Below are positions 57,448-64,000 of a DNA stretch of 64,000 nt, in pieces. How positions within the stretch are numbered: position 1 is the first letter of the stretch; every line of letters starts with the position of its first letter. Source of the DNA: Opitutales bacterium (GTDB taxonomy: Bacteria > Verrucomicrobiota > Verrucomicrobiia > Opitutales > PNEW01); assembly GCA_965197745.1 (NCBI GenBank), contig CBDANS010000007.1:1792001-1856000 (forward strand). Direction: 5' to 3'. The notes beneath the pieces are model-generated. The model was not told where the DNA came from. It did not search any database and saw only the letters and a list, made by a program, of their open reading frames with translations. The position numbers were made by a program, and so were the translations under genes.

Positions 57448-58377
57448 TTATTCGCTGTAGCGCTCAGTAATAAAAGATTGGAGCTTTTCCATTTGTTTAT
57501 CACTAAGCGAATGATAAGGCGCCCTTCTATAGCGTTTTGAATGGCCTGCGAGCTCCAGAATTCCATGTAAAGCTGCGTCTCGTCCCCCCTCGAAGGTGTT
57601 TATGAATTCGAATAGTGGCATATCGTAATCGCGAATAAATGCTGCTGCCTCCTCTATCTTACCATCAAATATGGCATTCCAATAGCGCCAGGCCAATTCG
57701 GGTCGAAAAATAATAAATACTGAAAAGTTACCGTCTACCCCATAGGGCACCATATTCATATGATTTTGTTTTATCCCTCCCGCGATAATAGCCCAGTGAT
57801 CATAAGCGATTAAACATACCTTTCGAACAAACTCGCCACACACATCATCTTTAAGGGCAACCACTCCCGTAGCGCGTTCAACCAGGGATTCTATAACCTG
57901 GTAGGAAAAAGGTCGCGGCCTGTTATTGAGATAATTGGTCACTATCATAACAGGAATATGTTCACCTGCCGTACTGTAATGTGCGACAAGAGTCTCCACA
58001 GTTGTTGATGCCCCCCAGTCCGGCGGTAAAACCATGAGCATGTCAGCACCGAGCTCAGCGCAATATTTTGCGAATTCAACTGTTTTTCCTGTCCACCAAA
58101 TACCACCGGCAGCTACGACCATCACACGCTTCTTAACGTGCTGCACAACCACTTTTGTAAATTCTGCAATTTCGTCGTCAGTGAGGAGGGAAAATAAGCT
58201 GTCCCCATAAGTTAAAATTACATTTTTTGCGCCGGCGTCTATGACATAATCCAGTTGTTGACGCAATCCGTTCCAATCAATCTCACCATCAATTTTAAAG
58301 GGTGTCCGTATTGAAGGACAGGGACCAGTAAGAGCTGCGCGAAGTTCTTGAGGACATATATTTTTTTCTAGCCCCAT
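57448..58377 (-). CDS. DHDPS/NAL-family class I aldolase (paralog 1)
   Basis: Same motifs and length (309 aa) as the adjacent paralog. Confidence 0.8.
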   Translation of the reverse strand: MGLEKNICPQELRAALTGPCPSIRTPFKIDGEIDWNGLRQQLDYVIDAGAKNVILTYGDSLFSLLTDDEIAEFTKVVVQHVKKRVMVVAAGGIWWTGKTVEFAKYCAELGADMLMVLPPDWGASTTVETLVAHYSTAGEHIPVMIVTNYLNNRPRPFSYQVIESLVERATGVVALKDDVCGEFVRKVCLIAYDHWAIIAGGIKQNHMNMVPYGVDGNFSVFIIFRPELAWRYWNAIFDGKIEEAAAFIRDYDMPLFEFINTFEGGRDAALHGILELAGHSKRYRRAPYHSLSDKQMEKLQSFITERYSE

Positions 58378-58393
58378 AAGATATGGTAAAACT

Positions 58394-59185
58394 TTATATC
58401 CCGCTCGCCTTTACGGCATTATCAAATTCCTCACTCCAGCGAGGAATGCTTTGAGCAACAGCCATAAAGTCACCCCCGTAATTAATAAACCTGGCACCCG
58501 CTTCAAGAAGTCCTTTCAAATCATCACCCCCTCCGGTAGGCCTCCCCCAGGCGATCCCATTTTTCTCTGCAGCATCTGCTACGCGTTTCTGTGCTTTCGT
58601 AAATCGAGGGTCTTTCAATTCCGCAGGACAACCCAGACGCAAACTTAAATCACTGGGACCGACAAAGAGGACATCGATGCCTTTGACGGCCGCAATCCCC
58701 TCAACATTATCAACCGCTTCAGGTGATTCAATTTGAACAGCAATCAACGTTTCCTGATTATAATGTTCGGTATATTCTTTCAAATTAAAGTTCGTATAAT
58801 AATCACCGTCCAAACCACCCCCATCTGCGCCTCGATCACCCAGGGGGGGGAACTTAGCGTTCTCGACAATGCTACGCGCTTGTTCCACAGAATTTACGAG
58901 GGGGACTAACAATCCAGTTGCGCCATTATCCAGATATTTCCCGATTGGAGTTCTTTCGCGTATAGAACTGGGACGGACGATACAATCGATATCACTGAAA
59001 TGTAGATTGATTAATAAGTTCTGTATGTCCTTGGGATTCCAAAAATTATGCTCAGTTTCCAGCCAAATGCCATCATAGCCATTAGCGGTGGCATATTTTG
59101 GGAGCATTGATATACTGGTATAAGAACATAGGGTCCTTGCAACTTGACCACTGCGAAGCTTTTTCAGCACTTTTGAACTTCTCAT
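58394..59185 (-). CDS. HpcH/HpaI-family class II aldolase
   Basis: WLETEH, LDNGATG, FPPLGDRG, VQIES, LFVGPSDL. Confidence 0.9.
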   Translation of the reverse strand: MRSSKVLKKLRSGQVARTLCSYTSISMLPKYATANGYDGIWLETEHNFWNPKDIQNLLINLHFSDIDCIVRPSSIRERTPIGKYLDNGATGLLVPLVNSVEQARSIVENAKFPPLGDRGADGGGLDGDYYTNFNLKEYTEHYNQETLIAVQIESPEAVDNVEGIAAVKGIDVLFVGPSDLSLRLGCPAELKDPRFTKAQKRVADAAEKNGIAWGRPTGGGDDLKGLLEAGARFINYGGDFMAVAQSIPRWSEEFDNAVKASGI

Positions 59186-59360
59186 AATCTAAGAATTTTT
59201 AATGGGGTTAAAACATTCGCCAGCTATATATGTGAAATCGACCTGACACCCTAACTTTATAAAAGTCAAGTATCACTTGGCCTTAACCAAATGGTGTCAA
59301 TGACCTATTCAAAAATGAATGGCAGATCAACCTACCCCGTTAAAAATGTGCCGGGTCTTT

Positions 59361-59636
59361 TTAAAGATTCAACCGGTTTTTTATATCATCAATATTCACT
59401 CCCACAATTTCGACAATCTTGCGCCGTGATTTTTCGCCTCGGACCAGGGTAATCGAGAACCTGGGCAGTTTTAATCGATGAGATAAGAATTCAGTCAGAG
59501 ATTTATTCGCACGACCATTTTCAGGTGGAGCCATTAGCTTTACTTTAAGCGTCTCTCCTTGCCACCCGGTTATCTTATTGCTGGAAGCGTTTGGAACTAC
59601 GCCCACTTCAAGTCTTAATCCCCCATTAGTCGTCAT
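59361..59636 (-). CDS. DUF167/YggU family protein
   Basis: VVPNAS, LKVKLMAPPENGRAN, GEKSRRK. Confidence 0.88.
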   Translation of the reverse strand: MTTNGGLRLEVGVVPNASSNKITGWQGETLKVKLMAPPENGRANKSLTEFLSHRLKLPRFSITLVRGEKSRRKIVEIVGVNIDDIKNRLNL

Positions 59637-60710
59637 TCAAGATTTTTTAGTATTAGGGTAACTACCCAGCCATTTAACCATGGGACAAGTGCTTTTTAAT
59701 TCTTCGAGAGCTTCTTGCACTTGAGTGTCTTCGTAATGACCGATAATATCGACAAAAAAGTAGTAGTCCCATAATTTACGTCGACTGGGTCGCGATTCTA
59801 TCTTGTTTAAATTGATCCCCCGCTTACTGAATGGATCAAGCGCTCCCTGCAAAGCACCCGGTTTATCTTGCAATGAAAAAACGAAACTGGATTTATCTCG
59901 CCCCTTACCCAATTTTCCTGAGGAGGCATTTCCGATAACTAAAAACCGGGTCACATTGTCTGTTTTATCCTGAATCTTTTCCGCGATCACCGGCACTTTG
60001 TAAATGGTCGCAGCTGTAGCTCCAGCAATTGCCGCTGTCCCTGGATGATTCTTAACATAGCGAACGGCATCTGCAGTGCTAGGGGCATCAATCTCCGTTA
60101 CATCCGGAAGCTGGCGAGACAACCATTGACGACATTGAGCGATGGCAATGTCTTTGGAATGTATCTCCTTGATTTCTTCCAAAGGGCAATTGGAGATGAG
60201 GCACATTGATACTTCCAGGTAAATCTCGGCAAAAATTTTCAGGTCTGTCTCCACCAGTAAATCGAGAGAATGAGTGACCGCTCCCTCGGTTGAATTCTCC
60301 ACGGCAATCACGCCATATTGCGCCTCTCCATTTTCGACGGCAGAAAATACTTCTGAAAAACTGTTTAGTGGTATGTACTTCAAGCTCGATCCAAAATTCT
60401 TGACTGCTGCTTGATGCGTAAAAGTTGCTTCGGGCCCAAGATAAGCAACAGTAATTGGTTTTTCGCGCGCAATCGCCACAGAGATGATCTCTCTATATAT
60501 TGAATGGATCGCATCATTATCCAGCGGACCCTTGTTCTTAGAATCCAATTTGCGGAAAATCTCAGCTTCCCGATTGGGATCATAAATTTCCTTCCCCGTC
60601 TTCTCTTTCAGGCGACCTATCTCGATAGCCTGTTTCACTCGCTCATTGATAAGCTCAACTATCTTACTGTCGAGGGCATCAATTTTACTTCGTATTTTAT
60701 CCAAGTCCAT
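59637..60710 (-). CDS. pheA: Chorismate mutase/prephenate dehydratase
   Basis: N-terminal CM domain; AYLGPEATF, ENSTEG, NVTRF, IESRP. Confidence 0.96.
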   Translation of the reverse strand: MDLDKIRSKIDALDSKIVELINERVKQAIEIGRLKEKTGKEIYDPNREAEIFRKLDSKNKGPLDNDAIHSIYREIISVAIAREKPITVAYLGPEATFTHQAAVKNFGSSLKYIPLNSFSEVFSAVENGEAQYGVIAVENSTEGAVTHSLDLLVETDLKIFAEIYLEVSMCLISNCPLEEIKEIHSKDIAIAQCRQWLSRQLPDVTEIDAPSTADAVRYVKNHPGTAAIAGATAATIYKVPVIAEKIQDKTDNVTRFLVIGNASSGKLGKGRDKSSFVFSLQDKPGALQGALDPFSKRGINLNKIESRPSRRKLWDYYFFVDIIGHYEDTQVQEALEELKSTCPMVKWLGSYPNTKKS

Positions 60711-60718
60711 TTATGCAA

Positions 60719-61429
60719 TTACATGTTATCTGATTCCGGAAGCCCGACATCAGCATCACTCAAGGATTCGGCTTCACCCGAGGATGCCTGGCGAATCCAT
60801 TCATTTATCTGTTGCGGCGAAAGGACATCTGACGCCGGAAGTTCTTCAATGGAACGCAACCCGCAAAATTCCAGAAACTTATCACAGGTTTCATATTGCA
60901 GTGGACGTCCCGGTAAATCAGCTCTTCCTGTCACCATTATAAGTTCATGCTCAAGCAGGGTGTTAATGGCGCTGTCTGAGGAGACCCCTCGGACGGATTC
61001 TATCTCAGATCTTGTCATAGGTTGGCGATAAGCAACAATGGCCAGAGTTTCCATGGCCGCCTGGCTAAGTTTATGGGGCTTGGGATCGTCTCGCAGCAGC
61101 CGCACCCAATCCGCAAAATCTGGACTCACCGAGAATCGGTAACCTCTCGGACCTTCTACCAACCGGTAAACTTCTTTTTCCTCCAGTACTTCGCTGGCAA
61201 GGGTTTCCATAGCATCACGTATTTGTGTTGCTGTGACTAAGGATGGGACTTGACTGACAATATCCTCCATAATGTCTTGGTCTTCCTCATCCTCTAAGAG
61301 CATATCCTCTCTCGAGGATGCAGGCAGTTCGTGGTAACGGGTAATAACCGCCTGTATATCTTTAATCGTTAGAGACTCAGAAGATGAAAAGAGAAGTGCT
61401 TTAAGTATTTTTTGAAGATTAAACTCCAT
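60719..61429 (-). CDS. scpB: SMC-Scp complex subunit ScpB
   Basis: LSQAAMETLAIVAYRQPMTRSEIESVRGV, GRP, FLEFCGL. Confidence 0.95.
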   Translation of the reverse strand: MEFNLQKILKALLFSSSESLTIKDIQAVITRYHELPASSREDMLLEDEEDQDIMEDIVSQVPSLVTATQIRDAMETLASEVLEEKEVYRLVEGPRGYRFSVSPDFADWVRLLRDDPKPHKLSQAAMETLAIVAYRQPMTRSEIESVRGVSSDSAINTLLEHELIMVTGRADLPGRPLQYETCDKFLEFCGLRSIEELPASDVLSPQQINEWIRQASSGEAESLSDADVGLPESDNM

Positions 61430-61590
61430 TTAAATTTTTATAAGAAGAGATAAGAGACAAGTAAAAGGACGATCTAAGATAATAAAATGTGATTGTAGTT
61501 TAAGCGGCAATCACTTCATATGTAAAACCCAAATCTTTTATCAATATTAAAGTAACTGACCCCAAGAACAACCATATTAAAATATAAGTG

Positions 61591-63282
61591 ATGTCTATAG
61601 AAAAAAAGAATAGGCCTTATTCATCTATCCTCGTGGATGGTTCAAATCGTGCTGGCGCCCGGTCCATGCTCCGCGCGGTTGGTTTTAATGAAGATGATTT
61701 CAAGAAACCGATCATAGGTGTCGCTTCTACCTGGAGCATGGTCACGCCCTGTAATATGCATATCGATGAATTGGCAAAAGAAGCAGGAATGGGAGTCGAT
61801 GAAGCCATTGGTAAATCGATTATTTTTGGGACTATCACAGTTTCCGACGGTATCCCCATGGGCACTGTGGGGATGAAATATTCCCTCGTCTCCCGCGAGG
61901 TTATCGCTGACTCGATAGAAACAGTAGCTGGAGCAGAATGCTTTGATGGCCTTGTCGCTATAGGCGGATGTGATAAAAACATGCCCGGCTGCATGATGGC
62001 TATAGCTCGCTTAAATCGTCCATCGATCTTTGTCTACGGGGGATCTATCCTTCCGGGTATACACCATGAGAAGGAAGTAGATATTGTCTCCGTTTACGAA
62101 GCTATTGGATTAGAATCGAGCAAGAAAATTGATAAAGATGAGCTGCAGCATATTGAATCGTGTGCGATTCCCGGTCCAGGATCATGCAGTGGTATGTATA
62201 CCGCTAATACCATGGCATCAGCAATTGAAGCTTTGGGCATGAGCCTTCCCAATAGTTCGGCACTGCTTGCCGTATCTAAAGAGAAACGGCACGATGCTCG
62301 TAATGCGGGCAATGCGGTTCTAAAGCTGATTAATGAGGGGATCAAACCAAGGGATATCATGACGATGGAAGCATTTGAAAATGCGATCACTACGGTTATT
62401 GCCCTGGGTGGATCGACGAATGCCGTTCTCCACCTCCTCGCTATTGCCCACTCTGCAGAGGTGCCCCTATCAATAGACGATTTTACCCGTATCGGTAAAA
62501 ATGTCCCCGTGTTATGCGATCTCAGACCAAGTGGGCGCTACAGTATGGCTCAGTTGGTGCGGATTGGGGGATTAAAACCGTTGATGAAAATTTTATTAGA
62601 CAATGGATTGCTGCATGGTGATTGCCTTACAGTTACCGGAAACATGGTACGTGAAAATCTCGATGGTGTATCGCCTTACCCCCAGGATCAGGATATCGTC
62701 CGGTCTTTTGACGATCCTATTAAAAGAGAGAGCCATTTACACATACTCTACGGCAATCTTGCGCCAGAAGGAGCGGTTGCTAAAATTACCGGAAAGGAAG
62801 GGTTCAACTTCAGGGGGAAAGCTATTACTTATGAATCTGAAGAGGATGCGCTCAAAGGAATCCTTGAAGGGACGGTAGAGCCCGGTTATATCGTGGTAAT
62901 ACGCTATGAAGGCCCGAAAGGAGCGCCAGGGATGCGAGAAATGCTTGCCCCCACGTCTGCCATCATGGGGCGCGGCCTGGGAAAGGAAGTGGCCCTTATC
63001 ACCGATGGGCGATTTTCCGGAGGAAGCCACGGGTTTGTCGTTGGCCATGTTACACCTGAAGCAATGATGGGTGGCCCCATAGCGGTAATTAAAACCGGCG
63101 ACACCATCACTATAGACGCGTCCAGCAATGAAATTAACATAGAAATATCTGAAGAAGAATTAAAGCAGCGGCTCGCGAACTGGGAAAAACCAAAACCCAA
63201 AATAACGCGAGGAGTCCTTGCGAAATATGCCAAGATGGTCAGTTCGGCTTCGCGGGGTGCCGTAACCGATGACCGGCTATAA
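61591..63282 (+). CDS. ilvD: Dihydroxy-acid dehydratase
   Basis: TPCNMH, GGCDKNMPG, CSGMYTANTM, GGSTNAVLH, ITDGRFSGG. Confidence 0.97.
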   Translation: MSIEKKNRPYSSILVDGSNRAGARSMLRAVGFNEDDFKKPIIGVASTWSMVTPCNMHIDELAKEAGMGVDEAIGKSIIFGTITVSDGIPMGTVGMKYSLVSREVIADSIETVAGAECFDGLVAIGGCDKNMPGCMMAIARLNRPSIFVYGGSILPGIHHEKEVDIVSVYEAIGLESSKKIDKDELQHIESCAIPGPGSCSGMYTANTMASAIEALGMSLPNSSALLAVSKEKRHDARNAGNAVLKLINEGIKPRDIMTMEAFENAITTVIALGGSTNAVLHLLAIAHSAEVPLSIDDFTRIGKNVPVLCDLRPSGRYSMAQLVRIGGLKPLMKILLDNGLLHGDCLTVTGNMVRENLDGVSPYPQDQDIVRSFDDPIKRESHLHILYGNLAPEGAVAKITGKEGFNFRGKAITYESEEDALKGILEGTVEPGYIVVIRYEGPKGAPGMREMLAPTSAIMGRGLGKEVALITDGRFSGGSHGFVVGHVTPEAMMGGPIAVIKTGDTITIDASSNEINIEISEEELKQRLANWEKPKPKITRGVLAKYAKMVSSASRGAVTDDRL

Positions 63283-63332
63283 CCCACCAGGAGATCTGTA
63301 TTATTTGGCCAATCCTCATCTTATCTTCAATT

Positions 63333-64000
63333 ATGAGTTGGGACCGGTTTAAAAAATATTTTTTATCCTTCAAAGAATTAGGATTTTCTCTCGATATTAG
63401 CCGGATGGATTTCCCCGATTCTTATTTTGAGGAAATGGATCCGCTTATAAAAGGGGCTTTCACATCGATGCAGGCATTGGAAGAGGGAACCATTGCTAAC
63501 CCTGATGAAAATCGGATGGTAGGGCATTACTGGTTGCGATCACCTCATCTTGCTCCCTCTGCAGAAATACGAAACGAAATTGAATCTAATCTTCTACACC
63601 TTCAGGAATTTGCCTCTTCGGTCCTATCAGGTAAAATTTCAGGAGAAAACGGTGTTATTAAAAATTTATTGATCATAGGAATTGGAGGTTCAGCATTGGG
63701 ACCTCAGTTGCTGTATGATGCCTTAAGTCATCCTGAGAGAGACCGGGTTCAATTGTATTTTTTCGACAATACCGATCCAGACGGCATAGACCTGATCTTT
63801 TCGAAATTGAAAGATGCTCTGGGTAATACATTGGTCATCGTAATTTCAAAATCTGGAAACACCCCTGAAACGCGCAACGGAATGGAAGAAGCTAGATTTG
63901 CTTATCATGAAGCGGGGTTAAATTTCAACAAGCACGCGGTTGCGGTTACCGGAGCCGGAAGCTTTCTTGATCACTATGCAGCGGACTCTGGGTGGCTGGC
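63333..64000 (+). CDS. pgi: Glucose-6-phosphate isomerase (partial)
   Basis: Hand translation: MSWDRF...LDISRM...ANPDENRMVGHYWLR...IGIGGSALGPQ...DNTDPDG...VISKSGNTPET. Confidence 0.93.
   Translation, partial: MSWDRFKKYFLSFKELGFSLDISRMDFPDSYFEEMDPLIKGAFTSMQALEEGTIANPDENRMVGHYWLRSPHLAPSAEIRNEIESNLLHLQEFASSVLSGKISGENGVIKNLLIIGIGGSALGPQLLYDALSHPERDRVQLYFFDNTDPDGIDLIFSKLKDALGNTLVIVISKSGNTPETRNGMEEARFAYHEAGLNFNKHAVAVTGAGSFLDHYAADSGWL

Overview
Bacterial chromosomal window of moderately low GC. The GAPDH, PEPCK, FmdB-like and GIY-YIG sequence styles suggest Verrucomicrobiota (Opitutae-like); this is an inference. Most of the window is housekeeping: gap/pgk/tpiA, mnmA, obgE, ahcY/metK/pckG, aroK, purH, thiGHS, rplU/rpmA, tRNA-fMet, rpsB/tsf, pheA, scpB, ilvD and a partial pgi. 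Four accessory regions stand out. (1) At ~43.9-53.9 kb, four tandem, modular secreted proteins (shared N-domain, Gly-X-Thr collagen stalks of different lengths, Cys-containing Ig-like C-domain) sit next to an HD protein, an HTTM/vitamin-K-dependent gamma-carboxylase-like protein and a TMTC-like GT-C/TPR protein. This is a candidate surface-protein plus post-translational modification system. (2) A tandem GIY-YIG nuclease/tRNA-fMet-half repeat, in which one nuclease frame ends in the tRNA anticodon loop and is followed by a perfect hairpin. (3) A complete IS1595-family element with 25-bp TIRs, an 8-bp TSD, inward promoters in both TIRs and a passenger gene. (4) Two response regulators with degenerate sigma54-type AAA domains ahead of an MshEN-like protein and a PilB/GspE ATPase. 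About ten small indels, mostly single-base changes in homopolymers, split accessory genes. These may be long-read assembly errors rather than real pseudogenisation.
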